This document shows, piece after piece, positions 40,672-54,600 of a DNA stretch of 64,000 nucleotides (position 1 is its first letter; every line of letters begins with the position of its first letter). This DNA comes from Eledone cirrhosa (taxonomy: Eukaryota): assembly GCA_964016885.1 (NCBI GenBank), contig OZ024742.1, forward strand, positions 84,816,001 through 84,880,000, given 5' to 3'. Below the pieces are notes generated by a model, which worked only from the letters and a program-made list of their open reading frames with translations, was not told the DNA's origin and searched no databases. Position numbers and translations under genes: made by a program.

Positions 40672-41999
40672 GTAGCCTAGGAAGCGATAATAATAAACTA
40701 CATGAACAGTGTTGATATAGTATGCATGAAAGCATTAGCCGATGAAAACATTTAATAATTAGATAATTAAACAAAATTGAATGCTGTATCACAGTATAAT
40801 TAATTAAATATATGAATGATCGATTATGACTATTTGATGTGTCATTCAAATATGAATGACAAGTGATCGAAAACATTACATCCCTGCAGTACGAATTCAA
40901 AATGTTATTGAAATCGCGAAAATGACATATTGATGCGAGTAGATGTAATCATCACAGTCAATCTGATATATGCAATTTTAGTATAAAGAAAATCATCTGT
41001 AGCACATTACGCGGGTCGAGAATTATTACAAGGGTCAGCAAACAACTTAGAAAATATATCAGTTACTTCAAATGAAATCATTGACATAATTCGATAAATG
41101 TTAATCTATTTATGGAAATCGATATTTTGTTCAATTATAGTGTTTTGTTCTTTTCCTGGGAAGAACAGGCGTTTCATACAAATAAACTTACTCTAATGTG
41201 CTTCACTGTCGGAAAGACGTATAGCGTGATCTCAAAATGTATTCTTCGTTATACTTTATTTCTAACAAAGCCATGATTCATATCTCAATCTCTAATAACT
41301 TGAGACAAAATATAATCTGCCCAAATGGGCTCAGGCAATATTGAATTACATAACATACAGTATTTGCAAAAATTAGCATGTATGTTACTGTATTTATTCC
41401 TAGTGTTGATAGTAGGTTTCAATCTTTCAGATATAACATTGGAAACATGTAAATATATATAACAAATTACATGAAAAGGCATGTGTAAGATTTCGGGAAA
41501 TATATTGACGAGTGAGAATTACCACTTCAATTAAACTTGGATTTCACTGTTTCAAAAATGTATATAGTCGGTAATATTCTAGTGATAGTATACGGTACGA
41601 TATAGACAGGAAAAATTTAGCAAAAATACAGCATAAGTCATTGTTCTTTATACATTAGAATTATTATATCACGGAAAATACATTATAATTTAATAGGAAA
41701 TACCATCATGCTTTGCTATTTTGTCGCCCCAGATTGAATGGACTAATGATATAGAGCGTCAAAACGTAGAAGATTTCCTCTATACGATACCCATATATAA
41801 TTTTTGTTTGGGGTTGAGCCGAAGTTCACTCTGATCTATCAGACATATAATAAATGCATTCTTCCCATTCCAAACCTCACTTCTTACCAGGATAATATAC
41901 CTAGAACTGGTTAATTATTCAATGTCTCATACAATTTTAAATGGAAAATTAAAGGGAGAAAGTCTCTGCGGAATTTCAAATGTCAACGCGTAGTGTAAT

Positions 42000-42700
42000 T
42001 TAGAGGTGTGGTCATCAACCACGTTCCGAGGCAGCAGAAAGTGTGCAATCCATCAGTAAGCTGCGAAATAAGGCATCATCGAATGCACGAATAAGCAGTC
42101 TCAAACACCATAGCGGCAAGCTCCTCGGATGTACTGACTTAGTCTGGCAGCTTCTCGTCTATACAATGGTGACAAATCTCCTACGGAGTACTTGTGTCAG
42201 GGTGAGACAAGGCGGTCGGAAATGCCACAACAGCCACAACCTCATATGTCTCTAAGGAACTCAACAGGGTATGGAGAAGCAAAAACCTTCGCTTGGTACC
42301 AAGATGAGGTTTTACAACAGAAATGTGATTTCAATGCTCCTATATGTGTGAGAAACGGGGAGTGTGAAGACCAGCCATGGAAACCAAGGAGATATATTTA
42401 ACACCAAAAGGCCTACGGCAAATCCTTGGCATCAGGTGGGATAACTTCATCGCCAACAAAGAAGTCCGTCAACAAACTCACCAACAATGTGCGACTGTCA
42501 TCATGTTCATGCGTGGATATGGCTGGTTTGGATGCGTCGCACAACTCCCAAGTGAGAAACATGCTAATCGGGTCCAGCATTGGTAACCCCATGGAGAGTG
42601 GCGATAGGACGTCTCAAGATGATCTGGCGCCAAGCAATTAATAGAGACCTGAAAACCATCAACAAATGGAACTATGTGGTTATTGGAACACTTTGGTTGT
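42000..42700 (+). mobile_element. RTE-type LINE 3' fragment (decayed)
   Basis: LKELNRVWRSKNL...SMLLYV.E...LRQILGIRWDNFIANKEVRQQT...WFG.VAQLP is typical of an RTE ORF2 C-terminus. Confidence 0.7.
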
Positions 42701-43474
42701 CCTGTATGTCTCAAAATACGGAAGCTTCTAATTCTAGGTAATGTGTTTTCCAACCAAGAGGGAGATATTCATGGCTCGTATTTGTATGTAGTAATAATTT
42801 TGATATACGAACCTATATAAATATGAGGCAGTGAAATAACCAAATGCATTAATTGAAATACCTACAATATGCAGCTGGACCATCTTGTTATCAAATGACA
42901 GATAAATAATGATTTGACGTTGTAAGTTGTTTCATTTTCCGATATTTAAATAAATATCCATCATAAATGTCATTCGTACATTTTAAAGGGAAAACATATT
43001 TCTTAGTGGATAATGCTATGTATTGTATGTTAGTCTGATTCAAACTCCAATAAATCTTGGATACTGCTGTTAAGTAACACATATATTTTTTTTAAAGTCA
43101 AGATAACACTGGAAATATTTGACTTTATATAAGAGGGAAAACATTTACACACACCTTGATGCAAAAAATAAAAATACAACGCAAAAATATCAAGTGATCG
43201 ATTGGCAGGTGCTAAATTTCATAGGAAATACTTTATCACGTTACTGCAATTATACACTACGCTTATTAAGTTAATATGAATAGCTCTGTATACAGCTAGT
43301 ATAACGTGTGAAGAGAGATATAATAAAACAAAAAGTGATGAATGGATATTTCTTCGTACATAAATCACATAAAAATCAGTGTATTCGGCAGTCGCACACA
43401 TTCGATATCAGTTAACCCTATGTCAAGAAAGTAAAGCCGATTACGGCATGCTACATATTTTATCCCTCTCTCCT

Positions 43475-43558
<84 letters not shown>

Positions 43559-43562
<4 letters not shown>

Positions 43563-43762
43563 AACCAGTAAGACCCCGACGGCTGAGCTCAAGCCGTTTC
43601 GACGGCTAATTCTGAACTAGCTAATTTGAATTAGCCGTCGAAACGGCTTGAGCTCAGCCGTCGGGGTCTTACTGGTTCCCATTACCCACTCCACTACCCC
43701 AAGTATTGAGTACTTTGGTGCGTTATGGTCCACCTGGTTCCTTACCACATTTCCTTTGTTAT
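43559..43762. mobile_element. Fold-back PLE pseudo-LTR remnant (half-hammerhead family) in (TA)n
   Basis: 43561-43614 is the reverse complement of 43628-43678. It contains GAAACGGCT-tgagctc-AGCCGTC. Confidence 0.8.
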
Positions 43763-44696
43763 ATATATATATATATATTTAATAAATCAACAGAGAAAGC
43801 TTTAAGCGATACTCTCACTCATCAAGCAATAGGATATACCTGAGTATAATCCCAATTATGTGTTTGGGTTGCTAACTATATAGTATAATATGGATAATTG
43901 GTTGTATTATTTTATATGAGATATAATTAAATAAATCTCTCTTTCCTTCCATACGATCGTTTCGTTATAAGATTTCTACAACGTGGGTTAAATAATGTCC
44001 AAGTTATGTAGACACTGGTATATAATCCATACACACAAGTAGGCCCTTATAACACAGTGGATGCCCATGCAATATCAATATAAAAAACTACATCGATATT
44101 AATAATTAGTGATGGTCTTCGTCAGTGCTAGAAGGACTGCTAAGTTTGAAAGCCCAGTAGTCCTTCAAAAAGAAATTTCACACTGTCCCCAAAAGAGAAG
44201 GAGAGGTCATCGTAAAATATAAAATAATATACACGCTGGTCATTGCAGCCTGTAAGGTATTTTAACCACGTGTTTAAGAACTCAATTGGATATCAAAAAA
44301 ATAAATATATGTATGTACCATCTATACAGACATAGAGATACTAAAAAAATAATAAATATACGTATAAAAAATAATAAATATATGTACGCACTATCTATAC
44401 ATACATATAGGTATTTTCTCACTCAAAATAAACAGACATGAGATACAGGAAAATGCAATTGATATTCCATATAAAGAATAAATGAAGACAGTCATACCTA
44501 AATATCTGGAATTTTCATATCTGGCCATCCAAGAGTATAGTATTTAATACATTAACAGAGAAAGCTTTTAGCGATACTCTGACCAATTCCATTTCACTCA
44601 ACAAACATTGGGATATACCTGAGTATAATCCCAATTATGTGTTTAGGGTGCTAACTATACAGTATTCCGTGGATAATTGGTTGTATTATTTTATAT

Positions 44697-44885
44697 GGGC
44701 GGTGGATTGGTAGTATCGGTATAGTGTCGGACGCCATGCTTTCTAGCATAGTTACGTCCCTTTACGATCTGAGTTCAAATCCCGCCAAGGTTGACTTTGC
44801 CTTTCATCCGTACGGGGTCGATAAAATAAAGTACCAGTAATGCACTGGGTATTTGCTGGCCTTGTGCCTAAAGTAGAAACAATTA
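44697..44885 (+). mobile_element. Full-length tRNA-derived SINE with TSD, inserted in a tandem unit
   Basis: Complete SINE flanked by the duplicated 'attattttatatg', and absent from the preceding unit. Confidence 0.92.
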
Positions 44886-44923
44886 TTTTATATGAGTTAT
44901 AATTAAATAAATCTCTCTTTCTT

Positions 44924-45045
44924 TCCATACGATCCTTTCGTTATAAGATTTCTACAACGTGGGATAAATAAAGTGCAATTTATGTAGAAACTTGTGTATA
45001 TCCATAGATATACACACAAGTGGGCCCGTATAACTCATCAGTGGA
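44924..45045 (-). ncRNA. Type I hammerhead motif with long stem II loop
   Basis: tcca-CTGATGA-gttata...tataac-GAAA-gGATCG-TA-tgga. The unit 1 copy has the intact palindrome CGATCG. Confidence 0.75.
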
Positions 45046-45128
45046 TGCCCATGCAATATCAATATAAAAAACTACATCGATATTAATAATTAGTGATGGT
45101 CTCCGTCAGTGCTAGAAGAACTGGTAAG

Positions 45129-45214
<86 letters not shown>

Positions 45215-45372
45215 CAATATCAGAAAAAGCTTTTTAGCGATACTCCGGCCAAATTCCAACTCACTCAACAAACATTAGGAAATAAGTGATTATATTCCCA
45301 ATTATGTGTTCGGTGTGTTGCGTGTAAAATTGGCTGTATTATTTCAAATGAGACATATCTAATATATCTCTT

Positions 45373-45491
45373 CCCAGACGGACGTCTCGTTTCATTATAG
45401 CACTCCTACAAGTTGGGTGAAATTATACCAGTGTATGTAGGAGCTTGTATACCATCAATATTCAAGTGGGCTCCTATAATTCATCAGTGGG
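45373..45491 (-). ncRNA. Type I hammerhead motif (diverged subfamily)
   Basis: ccca-CTGATGA-attatag...ctataat-GAAA-CGagacgtcCG-TC-tggg, with compensatory changes in stems I and II relative to 44924-45045. Confidence 0.82.
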
Positions 45492-45971
45492 TGCCCCAAT
45501 AATACTAATATTGATAATCTAACCAACATCAGCATTTAGCGATAATCACTTTCAGTTGCTGAGGTATCTGTCAGGTAGCCAGTCCAGCAGTTCTGAAAGA
45601 TGTGCTCGAACTGATTAAAAAAATGAGGAAGTGAATTACCGCCAAAAAACAATACATGCGCGTGACAAAGAACTCTGAAAGGAATTCAGGCCACGTGCTA
45701 AGAACTCAATTGGAAATTGAAAAAATATCTATGTGTGTACAACATTTGATGACACACACAGATATTTTCTCGGGCAAAATAACAGAATGAGATGTAAGGA
45801 ACAATCAATATTCATATATAAAAAACAAACAAAGAAATGGTGACCTTATACCGGGAATTTTTTCAAATCTGCTGCGCCAAGAGTAAGTAAATAAATACAA
45901 TATCGGAGAAAGCTTTTTAGCGATACTCCGGCCAAATTCCAACTCACTCAACAAACATTAGGAAATAAGTG

Positions 45972-46036
<65 letters not shown>

Positions 46037-46125
46037 ATAATAATAAATGTGAAGACTAAAATCAGTTTCAGAAGATCCCGTTAAGGGTGAAAACAGCGAT
46101 TCTTTGCTTAAACTTTCATCTGTTA

Positions 46126-46162
<37 letters not shown>

Positions 46163-46164
46163 AT

Positions 46165-46167
<3 letters not shown>

Positions 46168-46255
<88 letters not shown>

Positions 46256-46262
46256 TGTGTGT
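46168..46262. repeat. (GT)n microsatellite
   Basis: Directly visible. Confidence 0.95.
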
Positions 46263-46563
46263 ATAATGTTCAGTAGAGATTGTTTTGGCAAAAACAGGAA
46301 GGAACAGGAGAAACCTCTTTACATTCGTAGTTCGTATTTACGATGGAGATTCAATATAAGAATTTCTACCGGGCGCACACACAGAAGGACGTGGTTTTTC
46401 TGCCTGCTCATATCACAAAGTCGAATTTTCTCCGAAGATATCGTTCTCATAACAACAACAAAACCATGAATCACGACTTGATTTGCATTAGAGAACCGTT
46501 GAAGTAATTATTATGAAGAAACGATTCATGTAACACACACGCACACACACGCACACACACACT

Positions 46564-46598
<35 letters not shown>

Positions 46599-46605
46599 TT
46601 TATAC

Positions 46606-46644
<39 letters not shown>

Positions 46645-46748
46645 AAGGTTTACATATATACATATATAAAGTCATAGATATATATGTGTGTTTTACAACG
46701 GGTCACGTTGTGGCTCAATGAAGAATTAATAAATTAAATAATCAGAGC

Positions 46749-47351
46749 TATATATCATAAAACATCTCTATAGAATCACCAGATAAAATATATACCGTTT
46801 CCTCTCCCAATTAGCATAATTAACCATATAAAAAATCAATTAGACCAAGCTATAAGAATAAAGGCTCCTATGAAGAAATCTCCGACAAATAACGGAAAGC
46901 AGCTCCTTCGCGGCGGCTACGACGGTGTATTTATTGAATATTTCGACAGCATGTATCAATCGACCAGATATACAGTCAACTAAACAGAATTAGGTGTAAA
47001 ATAAACTAGAAGAAAAGTGTACATATTTAAATACCTCTACCATGGTTTCGTCCGCATTTTAAGACATGGGATATCTAGTGCTTCGGATTCTTCAGGAGTT
47101 AGCTCAAATTTAGACAATTAATTTTCCAAAGTGATCGCGCCAAGAATACATTCACAAATGGCTAAGAATCGTGACGGGGCAGCGGTCAAGTTAGAAAGGA
47201 TGTGATTAGTTGCTTACGGCTGGTAGGCTTTTTGCTAGAAAGCGCAGCCCAATACAGCCAAATTGTATCTCAATTTTTTATATGGTTAATTATGCTAATT
47301 GGGAGAGGAAACGGTATATATTTTATCTGGTGATTCTATAGACATGTTTTA

Positions 47352-47360
<9 letters not shown>
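46749..47360. mobile_element. Element with ~88 bp terminal inverted repeats enclosing a hammerhead
   Basis: 46749-46836 pairs with 47273-47360, and the element ends in (TA)n. Confidence 0.75.
47035..47098 (-). ncRNA. Type I hammerhead motif
   Basis: ctc-CTGAAGA-atccg...cggac-GAAA-CCATGG-TA-gag, with a palindromic stem III. Confidence 0.78.
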
Positions 47361-47415
<55 letters not shown>

Positions 47416-47448
47416 TGTATATATATATATAAATACACACACACACTG

Positions 47449-47483
<35 letters not shown>

Positions 47484-49087
47484 CACACACACATATATAT
47501 ATATATAAATGTTAGTACAGCATAGACGAAGCTCTAGTATACGGCCAAGCTAACGTGTATGCTTATTCGGTTTGTAGCTTTATCACTCATATGAGGTAAG
47601 ACCCCAGAGTCTAACATTATGTTCAGACAGCTTAGCAAATTAGATATAGCAGTCGGCAGTCCGACCGCATCACTAGAGCAACGAAAATACAGGACCCAGG
47701 TAAAGATTTTTTACATATATATATAAATATATCCTTTTACTGATTCTTACAGTATGCTAATTTGCTAACCTGTAATTAGTGAAGTACCGTACCCAATCCT
47801 GGACGCCTGTCCCCTATCACTATTACTATATGAAGTTATAATATTCACAGTAAAATATTAAGACATTTAATAGGACCAAATTAAAAATAATAATAATAAA
47901 CCATATTGTTCAGCTGGAATTGGTATTAAGAGGTAGATGACACTCAATGCTATAATAAGAGGAACAATATGCCAATAATGAGTGAATAGACGGTTTCAGT
48001 TCGGATCCCACGATGTTCGTGTTTGTCAATCTTAGCCCTAGCATAATCGCCTGAACTACAACACTCTGGGTGCTGTCATGTTAATATTTAAGCAAGTAAA
48101 GTCGAAATAAATGAATAATTTTAAAATTTTGATTAATATTTCTGTAACATTAATATGTTATATAAAGTGTTAATTTGCTGATTGTTATTTCCAATAAACG
48201 TGGAGAGAGACGGACATATTTGAAATGCCAAGAATCGCCGTATCACAATATGGAAATCCTACAATACCCTCAGGTGTTACAAGACCATTAATGTATGCTT
48301 TTGTATTAAAAGGTGCTCTTTTCCTGAAATAGGATTCGGTAAATCAATTAAAATAATATTTTTTTTTGCTGAAATATGATTAGACTATCTAGACAAAGAA
48401 AAGCAAATAAAATACGAGATTAACAATTATTGTTTTGTAATGATTGAACTACACGATTACGATTAGGAACAATATCGAAAATTTACTGATTTGGCTTCTG
48501 CTCATTGTTTCGTTTTTCTTCATCTCAAATTCATGGTTTGAGAGTTAGTGTGCTAACAAACAATTGATTGGTCTACATATAACTAGAACATTAAATATAT
48601 ACAATGCGTGATATATTTTTGAAAGTTACCATTTGAGATATTCGTCATCCTCTGATCAAATAACTAAAACATCATTGATATCTTTCAAAGAAACTGTACA
48701 TAATCGAGAATGATTAGAGAGTTACATATGCCCGTCAGGTTCTTATATATCTATCGACACACACACACACGCACACACACACGCACACACACACACACAC
48801 GCACACACACGCACACACACACACACGCACACACACACACACACACAACACCCCCACACACACGCACTCATATATATATATATATATATATAAATCAAGG
48901 TCTAGCAAATAAAGAAAAAGTTGTAAAGTAAATAAAAAAAAACTCGCATACTTACTATATGTGCCTTTACCGCGGTTTCATGCTCCAGAATAAACGGAAA
49001 ATCCAAGCGGATTTCTATTTGGCATACAGTTGGATAACACTTGTTTCCCTATATGTATTTTTTACACGTAAGAATTCATACTTTATT

Positions 49088-49119
<32 letters not shown>

Positions 49120-49207
49120 TATATAGTATTAAGGGTACTATTTATGGTTATGTATGTAATAAAACCTATAAAAAAGGAGGTCAAGTATGTTATAGATCAG
49201 TAAATAG

Positions 49208-49256
49208 TTGCTCCGAAGAATCCAAACCTCGGTTTGGAGGAAACAATTGTAAGCAA
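49208..49256 (+). ncRNA. Hammerhead motif with CCGAAGA core
   Basis: ttgct-CCGAAGA-atccaaacctcggtttggag-GAAA-CAATTG-TA-agcaa. All three stems are intact. Confidence 0.75.
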
Positions 49257-49287
49257 ATAAATGACTTAAACTGAACTTTGATTATTG

Positions 49288-49409
<122 letters not shown>

Positions 49410-49412
49410 ATT

Positions 49413-49462
<50 letters not shown>

Positions 49463-49508
49463 GAAATAGGATTTCGCTTCAAGCATAGCCTTAAGCAGAT
49501 ATGTATAG

Positions 49509-49695
49509 AAATTTCGTATTTCTAAAGAAACCCGGTTTTAAGAAGCCGTAGCTATACAAACACCGGGGATAACGCTGTTGCTGAAATTTATAGCAGGTTG
49601 TCCCCCTTGCTTCTACGGGACACCACTAGAGGGCGTTAGCCCAGGTATTTGCATATCTACGGCTTCCTAAAACCGTGTTTCTTTAGAAATACGAA

Positions 49696-49700
<5 letters not shown>
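49509..49700. repeat. Inverted repeat with ~43 bp arms between (TA)n tracts
   Basis: aaatttcgtatttctaaagaaacccggttttaagaagccgtag pairs with ctacggcttcctaaaaccgtgtttctttagaaatacgaaattt. Confidence 0.8.
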
Positions 49701-49739
<39 letters not shown>

Positions 49740-49779
49740 TTAAACTTTTTCCTATATATATATATATATATAGGAAAAA

Positions 49780-51060
49780 GTTTAACCCCAACGGCAGAGC
49801 TCAAGCCGTTTCGACGTCTATTTCTGGACTAAATTAGAATTTTTAGCGTGGTAAATAGCCGAACTTTTCCTTATACGGGAAGATTGTAATTATCAAAAGA
49901 ATTGGTCAAAATTTCTTGTAAACACAATTAAATCTTTCATGGCAGTGGGTAGGAGGTTGGGTGGCTGAACTTGCCTGCAGAACAATGAGAGTGTGGGTGG
50001 AGCCGGTCAAGCGTTAAAAGTGAATTCTATACAGCACATTCTAAGGAATGTGTATGAAATTAGGCTAGTTAGGAAGCAGGAGAAAAAGGATTCTGGAGAA
50101 ATTAGAGGGTGAAACGTTATAGAAGAGGTTAATAAATTGAGATTAAAAGATAGTAAATAAATAAAAAAAATATAAAAATAATCAAATTAAATAGTAAAAA
50201 GTAATAAACAAATCTCTAGAGTCTAAGGCAACTGCTATATTTAGTTGGTATTGCATTTTCGGCCAATGATATTTATAATTTACTGAGGTGGGGGTACTGA
50301 GGCTACAAAAGCCCGATGAGCTGCCTCGGGGTAGGCGAAAGTGGAAAAAGGAAAAGGAAGAGGATGGGGGGAGGGTGGGGGTGGGGGTGCAAGTGATAGG
50401 AAGAGATAAAGGGAAGAAGAAAAGAAACAGGAAAAGAAAAGAAGTACATCTACCTATGTTAGCTGGGGTTTCCCCTATTTTGTTCGGCAAGTGGGGAAAA
50501 GAAGGATGTTGCAGTAATTGTCTACTTACCCGGGTCATGAGGGGCTTTGAGGGCGAGGTAAATCCTACGCAATCGGTATTTACATGTAGTTACAACTTCG
50601 TCTTTTTTGTTTAGGAGTTGGTCCTTCGTAAGCAGCATTTGTAATGTTTCCTCCGAGTATAAGTTACACGGACGGCGTCCTCCCTTGTAGGAGTTAGCCC
50701 TGGACTAAGCTCCAAGTAAGATTGTATGCTCGGAGGAAACATTACAAATAATGTTTACTTCCTCATTGTTCTACAAGCAAGTTCAGCCACCGCAACCTCC
50801 TAACCACTGCCATGAAAGATTTAATTGTGTTTACAAGAAATGTTGACGAATGCTTTTGACAACTACAATCTTCCCATATAAAGTACGGGTATTTATTTAC
50901 CACGCTAACAATTCTAATTTAGTCCAGAAATAGCCGTCGAAACGGCATGAGCTCTGCCGTCGGTGTTAGACATGTTCCTATTAGCCACTCTACAACCCTA
51001 AGTATTGAAAACTGTGGTGCGTTATGGTTCATCTGGTTCCTTACCACACTTCCTTCCTTA
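49780..51060 (-). mobile_element. PLE 3' end (GIY-YIG C-terminus + UTR) with an inverted pseudo-LTR copy
   Basis: Minus strand 50560-50705 reads RANSYKGGRRPCNLYSEETLQMLLTKDQLLNKKDEVVTTCKY. 50715-50970 repeats 49785-49985 in inverted orientation. This is the source of the half-hammerhead family. Confidence 0.78.
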
Positions 51061-51074
51061 TATATATATATATA

Positions 51075-51533
51075 TGTATATATATAATGTATTTTGCAAT
51101 ACACTTTATGCTTAATTAAAAGCATTTTGAAGACCGTATGCTATTGTTTTAGAGTAGTGACAAACTCACTTATTTTAATCTCAGCAAACAAGGGGAGATA
51201 AGCCTCTTGTCTACTGAGATCACTGATGTTATATTCTTATAGAATTCTAGTAAATAATCAGGAACTGATTATACAGAGCGGTTGCCGGTCAGGCAGAAAT
51301 TAAAATTAGAATTGGAGCTCTGAAATAGCAATATATATATGAATGTATATATAATGTATTTTGCAATACACTTTATGCTTAATTAAAAGCATTTTGAAGA
51401 CCGTATGCTATTGATTTAGAGTAGTGACAAACAATAGCATACGGTCTTCAAAATGCTTTTAATTAAGCATAAAGTGTATTGCAAAATACAGTATATATAC
51501 ATTCATATATATATTGCTATTTCAGAGCTCCAA

Positions 51534-51540
<7 letters not shown>
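51075..51540. mobile_element. ~315 bp repeat family copy (HHR segment deleted) with an inverted end
   Basis: Same flanking sequence as the 23107 copy. 51430-51540 is the reverse complement of the unit start. Confidence 0.8.
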
Positions 51541-51587
<47 letters not shown>

Positions 51588-51659
51588 CATGTATATATAT
51601 TCATAACGAAGCAAATTTAAACGTTTTTATGAACATCCCGTATATTATTTAACCCCCCC

Positions 51660-51688
<29 letters not shown>

Positions 51689-51692
<4 letters not shown>

Positions 51693-54600
51693 TGTTATAC
51701 TTGGGGAGGGTCATATTTGTGTAATATTGCCAGAATTAATAACAGAACACACTCACCGTTTGGTAGGTTTTCGCTTTTCACTTCTGTGTCTTTTATATCG
51801 GTTATTTAATTTATTCCGTCCTCAATGTTGCCATTGACTGACCAACGGTCCAAAATACAGATACATTATAGACACAAACACATATATATGGTTTATCAAA
51901 GTTCTTTCGTTGCACACCTGCAACAACGTCAGTGGTGCTATTGTTTCCTCCCGTTGCATTGTATCTTCTACGCTATCTTTATTTAGTCTGTTTACATATT
52001 TATTTATTTGTTTATTTTATTTTGTTTTGTTTGCGCATGCGTTTGCCTGTGTGTATAGTGTTTTGTTTGATGTGTGTCTGTGGTTGGGTGACTGTGTATT
52101 GGTTAATGTATTCTATCTTTACTAGTTTATATGTGTTTATATGTGTTTGTTGTTATTGTGCTTGTGTATGTATTTGATTACTCATTTATCTATTTATTTA
52201 TTTATTTATTTATACTTATCTTAGGTCAGTGTTGTCTGTTTGGGTGTTGTTGTTATTCCATTCATTTTTTCTGTTTAGCCTTGGCCTTCTATGTTCTATT
52301 TCGCTGGCCTCTCTGATTTGCCTATCTGTTGGGTCATTTCTATGTTTAGATATTATTCTATCTATGTTGTCTATGTTACCGCCGTGTTGTTGTCTGGCAT
52401 GTTCGTATAGTACTGAACCGTTTTGTCGTCCTTTAATTCCCCCCAGTGTTGGTCTATCCTTTCACCTATGCTACGAGCTGTCTGGTAGGATGTCAATAGA
52501 TAGCATGCCGAACTACATCAAGGCTATGCAACCCCACATCACCAACACGAGCGAAATTGCACAGCAAATACATGATGGGAGAGAGAAAATCCTCAACGCT
52601 CACATGATGATGTGGACCGACATCCTAAATCCAAGCAGACGCACAGCCAACAACTTCTAGGCGTCTAACAATGGCATACCACCCTTGTATGGGCTCCGTA
52701 AAGACCACAAGACAGTCGACAACCCGAAAACAGGACCACCAACAAGGCCCGTATGCGGAGCAAATATAGCTAGTAACTAGAAGATCTACTTCCTCTCAAT
52801 GGTTATACGCCCCATAATGAAGATGTCCCCCAGATGTATGTGACAGTACAGAGGACCTCCTCAGCAGAATCAGTGAGTGCAACAAAAACAGGAACCTATC
52901 CAACTGCATAATAGGCAGCATGGATGTGGTATCACTGTACCCATCCATTAACATTGATTTTGCTGTGGAAAAATGTGTGGAGATGATCATTGAGAGTGAG
53001 GTGGAGTTCTGCGACGTCGACACAGACGAACTGGGCCTCCTTCTTAGACTTACCTACGACACTGACTACCTAGACAGCCATGACCTTAGACCTTTCTGCC
53101 CCAGTAGACCCATAAGAGGTAGACCCCCCACCATCATCTCAATGGCTAAAAAGACTCCCATGGGAAGGTGGATTGGGTGGACCAAAGCTATACGGACCCC
53201 CCAAAACAATGATCAGGTAAGAAAAATGGGCGCACATGCAATAGGGGCTAGTATCAAAACTACATAAAGGGCCACATATTCAAGTTCAACGTGAGGATCT
53301 ACACCCAAAATGAGGGAGCAGCCATTGGCGTCAGCATAGCTGGTGATGTTGCCAACCTTTTTATGGTATGGTGGGAAAGGAGACTTAAAGATCTCCTTAA
53401 AGAGACCTCATCATGTACTCTCGTTACGTAGACGATATCAATATAGTTATAAGAACATCCCCACAAGAGAGCACTAACAAGTTTGATTTAGAACGTAGCA
53501 CAATGAAAAGCATCCAGCAGATAGCTAATTCCATACACCAGAGTATAACTGTAATTATCGACTACCCTTCCAAACAACCTAACAATAGACTGCCTGTATT
53601 AGACACGGTAATCTGGATTAACACTATAGATGAAAGAGCCCAAATTCTCCACTCACACTATGATAAACCCATGGCCTCCAAATACCTGATACTCAAAAAC
53701 TCAGCAACGTCCAGTAGTGCTAAGTTTAATATTCTGATCGCAGACTTGGTACGAGTGATGAAGAACGTGTCCCGCATGTGCGACCCAACAGAAATGGTAA
53801 GACACATCCAACACTTCATTAACCACATGCAGTTCTCTGGCTACAACCAAAGAGACAGAATCAGAGTATATGAAGGAGCCAGGGAGAAGTATAAGACCCT
53901 CATAGAACTGGACATGAAAGGAATTTGCCCATTATAGAGGAGCAAATCATACAATAGCTTAGATAGGGCTAGACATAAGATAGGGAACGCCACCTCGTGG
54001 TACGACAACTAGAGATACCAGAGTGTCATGTTTGTGGACGCTACACCTGGAGGGAAATTAGCTAACCAGTGTAGAAAGGCCCCTGAGAAAGACCCACTTA
54101 AAGATTAAGGTGGTAGAAAAGCCAGGAACCATGATAAAATCCCTGATCAGCAAAACCTACCCGTTTAAGAAAACCCACTGTACTAATAGGAAATGTATCA
54201 TATGTAAGGTAACCCCCCGGATAAACTGTAAAACTATAAATGTAGTCTATAGCATAAGATGTACAGAGGGTACTTGCAGAAACATGACAACAACATACAC
54301 AGGCGGGACAGCTCGTAGCATAGGTGAAAGGCTAGACCAACACTGGGGGGAACTAAAAGGACGAAAAAACGGTTCAGTACTATACGAACATGCCAGACAA
54401 CAACACGGCGGTAACATAGACAACATAGAAATTAGAATAATATCTAAACATAGAAATGACCCAGCAGATAGGCAAATCAGAGAGGCCAGCGAAATAGAAC
54501 TTAGAAAGCCAAGGTTACACAGAAAAAAATGAATGGAATAACAACAAAACCCAAACAAAAAACACTGACCTAAGAGAAATATGAATAAATAAATAAAAAA

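Larger units (their letters stand above)
43787..45976 (-). repeat. Tandem ~685-765 bp repeats (two subfamilies), one long-stem-II hammerhead per unit
   Basis: 'aaagcttt(t).agcgatactc' recurs at ~43796, 44561, 45226 and 45909. HHRs lie at 43948-44061 (core deleted), 44924-45045 and 45373-45491. Confidence 0.85.

Noticed and set aside
35650-41990. Repeat-poor AT-rich stretch as a possible host gene region
   Set aside because: There is no credible ORF or exon chain. It may be intronic or regulatory, but nothing there can be supported from sequence alone.
52483-54532. Selenoprotein-type (UGA read-through) PLE, as in some Naiad elements
   Set aside because: The interruptions I checked are TAG/TAA stops and frameshifts, and the endonuclease is C-terminal, so this is ordinary decay.
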